A stretch of DNA of 63,386 bases, filler included, from Bonamia ostreae (taxonomy: Eukaryota), in the NCBI GenBank assembly GCA_040357525.1. It is 41 parts of 41 records of this genome, joined end to end, with 100 filler letters (N's around TTAATTAATTAA, not from the genome) between each part and the next. Parts side by side here need not be neighbours in the genome. Positions count along the whole stretch, not along the records: positions 1 to 1,461 come from JBDODL010001766.1; positions 1,562 to 3,021 come from JBDODL010001767.1; positions 3,122 to 4,580 come from JBDODL010001768.1; positions 4,681 to 6,137 come from JBDODL010001769.1; positions 6,238 to 7,694 come from JBDODL010001770.1; positions 7,795 to 9,250 come from JBDODL010001771.1; positions 9,351 to 10,804 come from JBDODL010001772.1; positions 10,905 to 12,358 come from JBDODL010001773.1; 33 more parts are not named here. One strand, written 5' to 3'. Positions 1 to 12,358 of this stretch are shown piece by piece. Position numbers and translations under genes: made by a program. Every line of letters begins with the position of its first letter. The first letter of the stretch is position 1. A model generated the notes under the pieces. It was not told the DNA's origin and ran no database searches. It saw only the letters and a list, made by a program, of their open reading frames with translations.

Positions 1-723
1 TGATAAAAGAAGTTTTCGTCAAATTTCTGTTGTTGTAATTTTTTTGTAGATTTTTTGCGATCTAATTGATTTAAAAAGTTAAATTTTACATCTGTCTTTT
101 ATATTTCTAAAATCTGAAAATAAATTTTGATATAAGAAAATGAAATTAATTTTTAAGTTAATGATCAATTTGAAGAAAACTGTTCGATGAATAATATTCA
201 GATCATTTTGGGTTGATTGGATAACGTTTACATAAACATTATTCATCTTATAGCTCAGAACGTCGTTTTGAGACATATAACAAAGTGTCATTACAAAGAC
301 GATTTTTTTGCGATGTTCTTTTTTGAGATAATAATCTACCGCAGAAAACATTCTTGTCTTATTAAATTCATCAATAGAACAAGAATTCTGGCAACTTTTT
401 AAAAATAATCACAAAATTTAATAAAGATTTAAAAAAATTATAATTAAGTTTGCGAACCTTCTATTATAATTTTCGCTGAAATAAAAATTATCTACATCGA
501 AATAAATCCCAATAATTTTCATATAGAAATTGTTTATCTTGAACATTATCTTTCTAGTGTCCTCTTCAATTTTTCTTTTTTCAATGCCGTCATGATAACA
601 AAAACTGTACATAAATTTTATAGGGACAACTAAAATATTGTTAATATTTTTGCAATTTTTGTTGGATAGATTAAATTTTGGGAGTAACAACAGAACCATG
701 AATTTTTTCAAAAAAGAATGCAT
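1..723 (-). CDS. Hypothetical multi-exon protein with hydrophobic N-terminus (3' partial), protist
   Basis: ORF 418-723 joins the 79-351 frame through a GTTCGC...AAAAAG intron. No recognisable domain. Confidence 0.45.
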
Positions 724-1121
724 TTTGAAATTCTTTTGTTCGTTTTATAAAAGATTTAAAATAATATCAATTTTTATTGTTTCGATAATTTTTTTATATT
801 TTTCGTTGGGATAAATTGTAATCGTTGTTAAATTTACAGGAATTTATTGTTTTAGAAAGGTTGTTTTTTAATCATTGTTACATCATACATAAACTAGAGT
901 TAGATTCAAAAAAATAAAATATGTTATAAACGAAAATTATGAAAAATAAACGAAAATGAGACAAATCCTCTCAATAAAAAATATATTTATCTATTTGATC
1001 AATCTATGGAATCAAAAAGGGTCAGTTTTTAAAGGAGACATAATTCAGATATTACCAAATTTATAAAATAATTGCAATTAAAGTTTTAATAAAGCGAAAA
1101 TTTAAAAAGTCTGTGTAAGAT

Positions 1122-1461
1122 TTAATATTGGTATTCTCTTTCCATTTGCTCTCTCTTTTTTTTTATTTTTATAATTGCTGTCATAATTCCGAAAGATGCT
1201 ATTAACATCAAACAGAATAGAGCAACAACAAAAACAGATATCGATAATGGATCTCTTTCGTCATTTACAACCAAAGAATTGTTATCTTCCATATTTTCAT
1301 CCATATTTTTGCTATTTTCTTCGTCTTTATCTTTATCTTCCATATTTTCATCCATATTTTTGTTATTTTCTTCGTCTTTATCTTTATCTTCCATATTTTC
1401 TTCCAAATTTTTGTTATTTTCTTCGTCTTTATCTTTATCTTCCATATTTTCTTCCAAATTT
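1122..1461 (-). CDS. C-terminus of a type I membrane protein: acidic 16-aa repeats, TM helix, basic tail (5' partial)
   Basis: Repeats ENMEDKDKDEENNKN(L/M), TM ISVFVVALFCLMLIASFGIMTAII, then KIKKKR...YQY*. Confidence 0.7.
1283..1461. repeat. 48-bp coding tandem repeat (about 3.7 copies, runs off the contig)
   Basis: Unit ttatcttccatattttcatccatatttttgttattttcttcgtctttatct-like, repeated. Confidence 0.9.
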
Positions 1462-1561
1462 NNNNNNNNNNNNNNNNNNNNNNNNNNNNNNNNNNNNNNN
1501 NNNNNTTAATTAATTAANNNNNNNNNNNNNNNNNNNNNNNNNNNNNNNNNNNNNNNNNNNN
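1462..1561. other. Artificial contig linker N44-TTAATTAATTAA-N44 (first of 40 identical linkers; last at 61848-61947)
   Basis: An identical 100-bp block recurs about every 1.55 kb. TTAATTAATTAA gives stops in all six frames. The flanking contigs decrease from 1461 to 1439 bp. Confidence 0.99.
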
Positions 1562-1579
1562 GTGAGACTTGATAAATTC

Positions 1580-2320
1580 TGGTTTACCTTCAACATTTTG
1601 TGGTGGATCTGTCTGGACAACAGTCTACCCCTAAAGCAACTGTTGATGTTACAACTCTTAGTGGTGATTCTGCTGGATTCTTGAAGTTATGTTTGGTCTG
1701 AAATCCAAATCAATGTATTTTATTTTTTATTAGTCAGATGTTCAGCCTTACTGGAGCGGTTTTACAACTTCAGGGTTTGTCATGTCTAAAACCTTTATTA
1801 TCTCACTCACACCATTAGTGGATCTGTTGTGGACAACGCCAAAACTTTTGCATCAGGAAGAGCAATTGTTTTATTCCCCGAAACACTGGAAAAAAGTTAT
1901 GTCCCCAATCTAAACTACAATGGGCCTCATCAACAACATTATGCATAACAAAGGAATGTTCTGCAAGACTGTTCACATCTACATGTACTTTCCTAACAAC
2001 CGCTCTTGGCTGTGCAAATATATAAAAAATTCATGGCCATGGACATCTTTCAAAAATTCAAACGAAATACTATTTTTAATAAAAGAAATGACACATGTGT
2101 TAGGTGCTGTAACTGTTGCTCACAACTGCAGCTTTTTTTTTATTAAGCTCTAAGTGATAAATTGGTAGAAGTTCATAGATACAACTTTTCCATATCCTGT
2201 AGGTAAAATGTAGAAAACATGATGTTTAATAACACTGTCTATTGACGTTTGGTGTTGTTGTTTTAATTCCATGATATCCTGGTCCTAGTCAAAGATATCA
2301 TTGCACTTCTGTAGAGCTCT
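1580..2320 (-). pseudogene. Decayed RecQ-like SF2 helicase (animal, likely transposon-borne)
   Basis: The minus strand reads HVFYILPTGYGK (motif I, ~2186-2222), VVDEAHCSLDWGHNF (motif II plus aromatic loop, ~1893-1938) and LRVVTSTVALGVDC (motif V-like), with stops and frameshifts. Confidence 0.8.
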
Positions 2321-3121
2321 AAAAGAAATAAAAGAGATGATCATGCTTTTAATAATAATAGTCTCATAGTTAAAACAATGTTTAATACAAAAGATTAGCA
2401 GGTTATAGTTCTTATTCATAATTAACAGCATTACAATGCACATGCATGTAGAAACATAGACACACATACACATGTACTCAAACTTTGTCATTATATTCTT
2501 AATTGTGAACAAGTTAATGATGATGCTAATACATGTAGTATAAAAGTACATGTTGTTTTTGGCGGTTTATCATTTTAGCATATAACGGATTTTCTAAGTT
2601 TAAGACAATTAAAGATGAATGATGAAGACACTTTCAGAAATTTCAAGGAATTATCATTATATATTTCAATTCTTTCAGCAAATTATCTCGTATTTCTGTA
2701 CACTATGCAGCACAATGTAACAGAACGTGTTCTTTATCTTCAATATCAATTAAAAAGCCTTTAATATTAAGATAATGAAAAATCCATATTAATAAAATTA
2801 CCTGATAGAGATGATTGAATGTAATGCATTTAACCTATATATTTTCCCTAATTCTAGGGACCCTGGACGGTATCTGAAAATATTAGCAACCCCTGCAAGT
2901 TCTCCGCTCCCTGGATTTAAACCAGGATCTACTCATTCATATTTATTTTGTATTTTAGAAATATATTTACAGCTTGAATGAGGTGTGTTACTTATTAAAC
3001 CAAAACAAACCTACGTGTGCANNNNNNNNNNNNNNNNNNNNNNNNNNNNNNNNNNNNNNNNNNNNTTAATTAATTAANNNNNNNNNNNNNNNNNNNNNNN
3101 NNNNNNNNNNNNNNNNNNNNN

Positions 3122-4076
3122 TTTCGTAAAATTTTGTTGTTCTTTATAATTCGAAAAATCTTCGTTTTTTCTTTTTATCGTTGAACTGTAATTATCAAAC
3201 GACAAATTAGCAAAAACTGCCCTTTCTAAAAATTTTAGTGCTTTTAGCAACTTTGGGGCTTCGTTTTTATCGATCTTTTGTGTGTTAATAATTTCGTCTT
3301 TTTTGTCGCTTAGCAGATTCACCAAACTTTTTCCGAGTTTAAAAAGTTCTTTCAAAATTTGGTTTATCCGACATTCTAAAACTGTTTCTACTTTTTCTTC
3401 TTAAAAAGTTTTTGTTTAGGCAACTTTTACCAACCGGATTTTTGCTTTGATGAATTTTTATTCTTTTTTCGAAAGCTCTTTTGATCTTAATGACGAAAAA
3501 ATGGAGTTTTGTGTGTTTTGGGGATTTTGAGAGTTCGTACGTCACATTGTTCCACATTATTTTGATGTCTTCTTAAAAATTTTTATCGATTAGACAAAAT
3601 TTAAAAACGGAGAAAATCTTTTTCGTTTTCATATTTTTTCGAGTTGGCCATTTTAATTATCTGTTCTAACGTAAAAAAATTTGTCTTTTTAGAAGTCATT
3701 TTTGAAATTTTTTGCATTTCTGGATAAGAAAATAGTTTTTTCAACAATCTTTTTTATTAAATTCAGAATTTTTAAGAAAATTTAAAACTTCAAATAAAAT
3801 CGGATTCGCTTATTAACGCAATTTCCAAAAACATTATTTTCCTCCAAAATTTTCTTTTTTGGACAACATTCAAATTCAACCATTTTTATTACAAAAATAC
3901 AATCTTTCTGCAGTTTCTAAAATACAAAATTTTATTAAATCCAATTTCAAAAAACAGCTAAAATGGCCTCTAGGAAAAAGAAAGTTGTAACAATCTCTTC
4001 TCTTTTTAATAAACTTCGCATCGATAAAATGTTTCGTCAACAAAATTGCGGCGATGAAGATAATATCAATGGTCAT
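3122..4076 (-). CDS. Hypothetical multi-exon protein with signal-peptide-like N-terminus (3' partial)
   Basis: MTIDIIFIAAILLTKHF start, followed by successive minus ORFs 3876-4076, 3339-3557 and 3122-3355. Confidence 0.4.
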
Positions 4077-4198
4077 AATTTTCTAATTTTCAAATTTGAA
4101 TTTTTTAAAATTTTTAAGACGTCAAAAAGAAAATCACAAAATCTGAAAAGAGGAAAAAATCGGTTACTTTTGAAAAAGAAAATATTCAGAACGGAAAA

Positions 4199-4580
4199 AT
4201 GATTATTGATTCAAAATTCAACGCTAAAAATAAAAACGACATTAAAAATGTTCTCAAAGAAAAAAATTGCAACAATTTAAATCTAAACGGCGAAAATGTT
4301 GAGAAGATATGTAACAGCGATAAAATCGATGAAAAGATATGTAACAACAAAGAAAATGTTAAGAAAATATGTAATAACGATGAAAAAACTGATTTGACAT
4401 TAGACAAAAATGCCTTAAAAAACATTGTAAAAGACTTTATTAAAAAAAGCTTAAACAACAAAATGAAAAATATAAAAAACGAAGACTTTTTAAAAGCCGT
4501 CAAAACTGAAATAAATAAAATATTTATTGAAGAAAACGATATTTTTGAGAATGTTAAGGACGCCATTGGTAACAATGAGA
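4199..4580 (+). CDS. Hypothetical Asn/Lys-rich protein with short EKICN repeats (3' partial)
   Basis: ORF open to the contig end; divergent from the previous gene. Confidence 0.5.
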
Positions 4581-4771
4581 NNNNNNNNNNNNNNNNNNNN
4601 NNNNNNNNNNNNNNNNNNNNNNNNTTAATTAATTAANNNNNNNNNNNNNNNNNNNNNNNNNNNNNNNNNNNNNNNNNNNNCCCCACCGCGATTGTACAAA
4701 ATACACCCACCAACCATAACACAATAAAACCACCCACTGAACTGTTAACAACTTTCAGTAGAAAAGAACCA

Positions 4772-6111
4772 ATGATAATTATATTTCCAGATCTTAAAAA
4801 AGCCTATGATATGGTCAATAGAGAATTATTAATAGATATTCTTAAAAAAATTGGTATTAATGGTAAATTAATGTTTTACTTAGAATGTTTTCTAAGTAAA
4901 AGATTCGCGCTTGTTGAGCACAATAACATTAAAAGTGATATAAGAGAGCACCGATATTATTTAATATTTATATTAATCATTTGTCGGTTTTAAAAACAAA
5001 AAGTGTTAAAATAAAATTTTACGCAGACGATATATTTTTATATTTAAGAAGTAAAAATATCAAAAAGCTTTGTAAAGATATAAAATCTTCCTTGGATTAT
5101 ATCTCAAACCAAATAGATATATTAAATTTAAATGTTTCAACAGAGAAATCTGTTGGAATGTTTGTGTCAAACGTCTATAAAAATGAAAACCCAGAAATAT
5201 ATTTGAGACAACACAAAATAAAATTTGTTAATGAATTTAAATATCTTGGTATTACCTTTGATAACAGATTAAAGTTTGATAAGCATATAAATAATACCTT
5301 GAATAAATGCAGGAAAAGATTGTATATGCTTAAATTTTTAACAAATAAAATTTCAGGATATAAAAAAACACATTTAATTAATATATTTAAAACTTTTATA
5401 CGCCCTATTATAGAATACGGATTTTTAATACTTATGGGCTTAAATAAAAGTCGGATAAAACGAATTGAATGTTTTCAACACATTGCACTATGTTATCTTT
5501 GTAATATAAATGTGCGATCAAGTTATGACCTGTTATTATTATCTTTAAATATGATGAATATTGAAAAAAGATTTTCATTTTTATTTAATAATTTTTATAA
5601 AAAAAATAATAAATTGAAATATAATAATGATGTAAAAACATTTTATGGAAAAAAGAATTTGTTAAATTTTTGTTTTAATCAAGCGAAAAAAATAAAAAAT
5701 AATAAAATTTGTGAGGGCAGCACAAATTTTAAAAACAATTTGATTAAAATATCTTTTGAAGAAATGAAACAAAAATATAATAATAAAATATCAAACTTGA
5801 ATATGCGATTTTCGATTGAAATTTTTGAAAATTATTTCAAAAATAAAATCAATGTTTACAACATGCTAAAGAAATTAAATAATGAACAATTTATTGTATT
5901 GCTTAAAATTCTGTGCGGATGTTTAAACAGCAATTATTTTTTGTATAAAATGAAAATAACAAATACAGAAAATTGTGATTTCTGTAATTCATATGACACG
6001 ATAAAACATATTTTATTTTACTATAAAAAGTTTAGAATGATCGTAAAGAAATTTTATCTCTTACAAAATAAAAAACAAAAAACAACAATTATCAAAACTC
6101 ATGAATTTTGA
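4772..6111 (+). mobile_element. Non-LTR retrotransposon reverse transcriptase (ORF2), disrupted
   Basis: Motifs FPDLKKAYDMV, PILFNIYIN, FYADDI, KYLGITFD, YKTFIRP-like and a C-terminal CxxC..H. The GVPQGS motif is deleted with a frameshift near 4945. Confidence 0.92.
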
Positions 6112-6237
6112 TGGTATTATGAAATTAATAATTTTTGNNNNNNNNNNNNNNNNNNNNNNNNNNNNNNNNNNNNNNNNNNNNTTAATTAATTAANNNNNNN
6201 NNNNNNNNNNNNNNNNNNNNNNNNNNNNNNNNNNNNN

Positions 6238-6480
6238 TTTTATCGATTTTTAAAAATCTGGCAATTTTCCAGCAATTAAATTTTGCAAATTCTACATTTT
6301 TTTATCGATTTTTAAAAATCTGGCAATTTTCCAGCAATTAAATTTTGCAAATTCGACAAATTTTCATCACTTTTTTTTATCGATTTTTGCTCAAAATTTA
6401 CATTTTTTCAGCAATTAATTACAAATTTACATTTTAATCAATTTGCGATATTTTAATAAAATTTAAGCAATAAATAAAAC
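6238..6480. repeat. About 63-bp tandem repeat (2 clear copies plus degenerate ones) inside an intron
   Basis: tttatcgatttttaaaaatctggcaattttccagcaattaaattttgcaaattc is duplicated and lies downstream of the GT donor at 6480 (minus). Confidence 0.8.
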
Positions 6481-7694
6481 TTTTTCCTCGGTGCGGCAGC
6501 ATTTACTTGCGACACAGACAACTTTCCCACAAAGAAGACAAAGTGCTGGTTTTTGTGGATTTGTGTTGCAATTTTCGCAAATTGCATCAAAAGCTAACTT
6601 TTTATCCAATTTAAAATTTTAGAAAATTTAATCGGATAGAACAAAAAAAAATTTAAACCTGGAAAAGATGATTATAGTCTTTAGGCAAACGAATCAAAGA
6701 AGGTTTCACAGCGAAAAAAATCTGGTCGAATTTTAGTTTGTTGTTCAGATTGAAAGTGTTTTGGCTATTTTTGGTTTCAAGAAAAATAGCCAAAATATCA
6801 GAAAAATCGGTTTGGAGCATTTTTTCCATTGAAGGAAGTTTGAAAATATTTTCCAATTTTTTGTATTCCAGAAAAAAATCTTTTTCGTTAATCTTTTCAT
6901 TTTTTATTAATTTTTTGTCGATTTTTGTAAATTTTTTTCGACTAAAATTTGATTATAAAAATACAAAATTTTTTGTCAAACTATTTTTTCCGACTTTAAT
7001 AAATGGACAAAAAAATTGTCGATCATGAAAAACAAATCCCAAAACAACGAAGAGCAAAGCAGTCCTTCTAATAAATCTCTCTGCAATGTTTTCTATAAAC
7101 GGAAGAGCATTAAAAATCGACAATTTGATCGTTTTGTTTAAAATCGCTTTATATTGCGCCAAAATCCGATCTTCGGACATTTTGAACATTTTCTCTTTTT
7201 CTGTTCGATTTTTAGTAGTTTCGGTTTCATAAATTTTAGCTTCCGAATTAAGAAAATCGCGCCATTTGGAGAGATTTTGCAGTTTTAAATAATTGTTGGA
7301 ATCGGTTTTTTCGGGAAAAAGAGATTTTTCGTTTTGGATTGCGATCGTTTTTATCAAAAGTTGAACTGTTAACAATCGCCAACACAAATTCATTGCTTCG
7401 ACTGTGCCATCGTTTTTTGATTTTAGAGAAAGAATGCAATTTAAGAGAATTTCAAACGGTTCTGTCGTGAAATTTGTTTCGATCAATTGATCCTAATTTT
7501 ATTGAAATTTAGAACAAATATTAAATTTAATTTTTGGTATTTAAAGCTAATTTTAGATTTGCAAAATGAGGATATTTTATTTCAAACCTTCCATTTGTGT
7601 AAAGCGCTATGATTTTCGTCGGGGTCCATATTATTTGAAATTATTTTTATAAAGTTTGACATATTTTCTGTATTGGCTTTCGTTTCGTTTATAA
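6481..7694 (-). CDS. UBR1: E3 ubiquitin ligase UBR1/UBR2/PRT6 family, C-terminal region (partial, multi-exon)
   Basis: FIRRTALL, LIRLPKDYNHLF and CENCNTNPQKPALCLLCGKVVCVASKCCR match the UBR C-terminal LP.DY..L...C.....P.LCL.CG...C....CC motif. Confidence 0.85.
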
Positions 7695-9350
7695 NNNNNN
7701 NNNNNNNNNNNNNNNNNNNNNNNNNNNNNNNNNNNNNNTTAATTAATTAANNNNNNNNNNNNNNNNNNNNNNNNNNNNNNNNNNNNNNNNNNNNGAAGCT
7801 GGTGTTTGCATTAAATACCTCTTCATGGGATACAAAGTTGACCTCGACAATATATTTTCATCTATTTAATTCTGATTGTATAAATCGGCAGAAAGACAAA
7901 GAGTGAAAGTATTTTTTCGTGCTTTAAAATATTGATAACTTAAGCTACACCCTAACCTTAAATCTACAGCTAATATCTAGATTCAGATGTTAAAAATCGC
8001 AAATGTTTCCCATATTTAACATTATTCAGGACTTTCTAGAAAAGACGCATTCATAGCGATATTCAGTAATTGTGTGTAAAACGTTGCTTTGTTTGCTGTT
8101 TATCTAGATTCCACGAGATAGAGTATAAACGAAGAAAAATCACATTACTTTTATACATCAATATAACGGAATAAATAATACTTTCGATGTAAGAAATTAA
8201 GAGCAATACTTACTAACAATCAAATTCAAAGGTAAACCAAAGATGTTTAGAGTTGGTAGTAAATTTCCAAGATTTCTACTATGATTCGGTTTGTTACCGT
8301 GTTTTCCAACATGCATATATTTTGTTTATAACAGGAACATATTGATAATGGTGAAAGTGTGCATATAAAAAATAGAACAAATATTGGAAACTACATCTAT
8401 ATTGTTTTCTAGTGGACAACAATTGAGAATACTTAGGATATCCGTAATTTTAATTTGCTTTTTCATTTGATTTATTTCAGATCAGAAGATGATCGTATAT
8501 TAAAGAAACGAATGTGTGAATCTACATCACTGAGTATCATTTCACATTCCAATTTGTTATGGTGCGGTACTTTTTCCTTTGATCTTGACAATACTATTAA
8601 TCAGACAATATTAACATACAATGACTTCTAGGGGTGGAGCTTAGTTGTACTACATGCTCCACGGAACTGTACTACAACTTCCAAAATATGAACATAGGAA
8701 ATCATTTTTTTAGCATTCATCCTTTGATGAAAACAAAAAAAATTATGCAACATGTAGATAAAAGCAGTGCATGATGTCGCTTCGCGACTCCACTGTATAT
8801 CACGCCCATCTGTATAATAAATTTCACACACACGAAAGAAAATACTGTAATTATAACATGTATTTGAACTCTTTAGAATGATTTATGAATACCTGTAAAA
8901 TGACTGACCTTGTAATAAAACACATTTTGCTTTGCGTTCTCTTATTTCTAACATTGAAAATTATAATTTTGGAGGCGTATGGACAAAAAAGTGAAGATAT
9001 TCAATTTTTATCTCATAATTCGTATAAAGAATATGACATTAAGGTTAGTGCAAACACGAAACTACACCAGAAGTGGGATACGATGGTGCCTATTAGGAGT
9101 AAACATCACATGTTGACTGGTCAAACCTGCCGTTAACACTGTATCTTGATGATGAGGTTAAAAGTAGCCGGTAATCAAAATTAAACTTAGCAATTGCTAT
9201 GAAATACATCACATATAATTCGACTTAAACAGGTTCTATTGCCAAACTAGNNNNNNNNNNNNNNNNNNNNNNNNNNNNNNNNNNNNNNNNNNNNTTAATT
9301 AATTAANNNNNNNNNNNNNNNNNNNNNNNNNNNNNNNNNNNNNNNNNNNN

Positions 9351-10804
9351 GAATCACTATAATTCCTATTACATCGATCGATGGCGACTTTCAATTTATC
9401 CAATTCCTCTGTAAGGGTTTTATTATTATCACGTTCATGGGTCAATGACTTGCTAGTGGCAGTTAATTTATCGTTTATAGTTCCCGCTTGTTCCATAACT
9501 CTACGCAATCTACCCTCCAAATCTGTCACTGTTTCTTTACGTGTCTGTAAATCTTTAGCATTGGCAGTATTAACACCTTCTAAGTTTCTTTTTACTTTTG
9601 CCAACTCAACTTGTGCAGCATTTAATCTGGTAATCTCACTATTGCGCAATTCGTTAGTATTTATCAGCTCCTCTAATTGCGAATGCAACTGCGAAACAGT
9701 ACTATCGTGATCACGCTGTCCCCTATCTAATTGTTCACGTAACTGGCGAATATTATCATTCGTACTTGATTGTAACGTTTCATATAGTTCCTCTGTATTT
9801 TTCAAGTGTTCATTTGTTTTTTTTAGTTTGTCTCTGAGACCGACATTAGTATCGTTCAACGATCTATTAGTTTGCATAGTGCACGATATCTGTTGAGAAT
9901 AGTCAGTCGTTTTTTTTTCAGCCTCGACAACTTTTTGTGATGCGAATTCGAGTCGCTTATGTAAATCAGCCACGATCCCATTAGCCTTATCCAACTCCTC
10001 CCGCGATACCTTCGATTCGTCTGCCGAATCCATCCGTATTCTATTACACTCAGATGTGAGCTTCTCGTGCGAATCGTTAATTTCGGATAGTTTCGTATTC
10101 AATGCGTTATTACTTTCTAGAAAACTCGTGCATCGCGCATTCGAATCTCGCAATTGACGTTCGAACATGTCCGCTCTAATCTGTAAAGTTTCGAGTCCCG
10201 ATTGATGCTGATCGATAGATGTGTCTCTGATACCAATTTCTGTCTTTAGTTTACCTATTTCCACATTTGCATTTGCTATCTCTGTATTCAATCTATGATT
10301 CTCAACTTTCAAGGTACCCAATTCTGCTTCATATTTGTCTTCCACCACTCGTAATTGCTTAGATAATGTTAGTTTCTCCTTTAACAAAGATGCGTTATCT
10401 GCTTTAAATTTGCTAAGTTGTGATGCTTTTTTATGTGTTGCAGTATGTGAGGCATCCGCTCGCTCATTCGTCCTACTAATATCATCCCTTAGTTTACTAT
10501 TCGATTTGAATAACGCAGTCATTTCGTCACACACTTGGTCTACAGTAGATTCTAAATCGCCTTCGTTTAGTTGCTTGGTATACCCTCGCTTATTGTTTTT
10601 TACAATGCAGGCATTCAATTTATTCAAACATCTAGTCGCAATCGCTAATTGCTGTTGGTTACCCATTTCGAGATCTCCACATTTATTATTTGTCTCACCC
10701 AATACTTTATTAAGTTCATAAATTTCCGAGTTTTTTCTTGTTAATTCATTTGTCACTATTGCGCATAGATTATAGGAGTCCGTTACACTTCTATCTTGCT
10801 GTAG
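9351..10804 (-). CDS. Long intronless coiled-coil protein, open across the whole contig (partial at both ends), origin uncertain
   Basis: About 484 codons without a stop, heptad-rich L/E/K/N/T composition, higher GC than the protist contigs. Confidence 0.85.
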
Positions 10805-11306
10805 NNNNNNNNNNNNNNNNNNNNNNNNNNNNNNNNNNNNNNNNNNNNTTAATTAATTAANNNNNNNNNNNNNNNNNNNNNNNNNNNNNNNNNNNNNNNN
10901 NNNNGTAATTGAATTATCATTTGGAGTACTTGAAAAATGTTCTGATAAATTTTATGATGGATAAAACTCAAAGGAAAGATCTCTTCCCGGTGCGGTGCAC
11001 CAGTTTGGGGATAGAGGAAAGAAATAGAAAAGATATTTTGGAGCGAACAGTAAATTTTACTATTTAATTTGTTAAATAGTTTGACATTTATTAACGAATT
11101 GCCAATTTTATTTTCAAATTTTCTATTAAAACGATTTTGCGGGAAAATCAACCGCGAAAAATGAAATTTAACTTTTTTGGAAAAATGGTGAATTTAAAAC
11201 TTTGATAAAATCACAACACAATTTTTCCTATTGCATTTTTTCATTCGACATAAAAAATTAGTCAAAACGATAATTAATTAAATAAAATATAAAAAGTTTA
11301 GCCAGA

Positions 11307-12358
11307 ATGGATTCAGAAATATTAAATCTACATTTCAAGAAAATGACTCCTGGCACAACAATAAAATTAGACAACGGGTTTTGTAATAAATTTTAAGCTT
11401 ATTAAACAAAAAAATTGATTCACTTTCAATTGTACCAACCGAAAGTCCGAAACCCAACAAACTGAAATCCAAAAATTTTTACAATTTCCAAATTTTTCCG
11501 TTAGAAATATCCAAAATGTGTCCATTTGATTCAACAAGAAAAAGCAAATTTTTAAGTGACAACAAAATAAACAAAAAGCCCAAAAACATTAAAAACACGA
11601 AAAAAAGTGTTCCGAAAACAGTCAAAATTCCACGAAAAAGGAAAATTCGTTTTAAAAAGAAAACGACAAAAAACAACAATAACCACAAAATGGGCACTCC
11701 TTCCAACCTCAAAACACCGAGAATTCTTACTCGTCTTAAAAAGAGGATGCAAACTGAAAAGGTCGGGAAAGAAAAGAAAAAACTCATTAAACAACAGAGC
11801 GCGCAGAGAGAATCTTCAGATTTTTCGGAATGTCTAAATTTTGCCGATTTTTCCAGTTTGACAAACGAAAAAGTCGAAAGCACCGCCAAAAAGTTATTGA
11901 CGCGCGTGAAAAATTTTTTGACGCCCAATTTTGATTCAATTGATAATAAAAGCGTTTTAATGGAGAAGGAAGAAGGAAGACTTTTGCATTTTAATGACTT
12001 GAAAAACGAAAAATCTGCAAAAATAAACGATTCAAATGATGTCAAATCTGGCAAAAACAAAAGTGAGAATGTTCTAAAAAACAAAAATTTTGGAGAGAAA
12101 ATAGGTTTAAAAGAAGAAGAGGAATTTTTAAGAACGCCAAAAATAAAATTTGTGAAAAACAAAGAGAAAAAACAAGTCGAATCAATTTCTAATTTGTTGT
12201 ATAAAATAGACGAAAATGTCGTTCAAAAAAATCTTTCAAATCCGTTAAGAAATTTGAAGAAAAAAGTTTATAAAATATTTTTTAGAAAAAGGAATTTTTG
12301 TTCGATAAAAAAAGAAAAATAGAAATCAAAAAACAGTGAAAAAAATTAAAAAATAATA
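11307..12358 (+). CDS. Hypothetical Lys-rich protein (multi-exon, probably 3' partial)
   Basis: ATG 11307 (MDSEILNL...) joins ORF 11516-12322 in frame through a 20-nt intron at 11378-11397 (GTTTTGTAATAAATTTTAAG). Confidence 0.65.

Noticed and set aside
11479-12162. Long Phe/Leu-rich ORFs (also 4186-4575, 1196-1513, 9381-9710, 10335-10721, 26488-26757)
   Set aside because: Antisense shadows of Lys/Glu/Asn-rich coding frames on the other strand.
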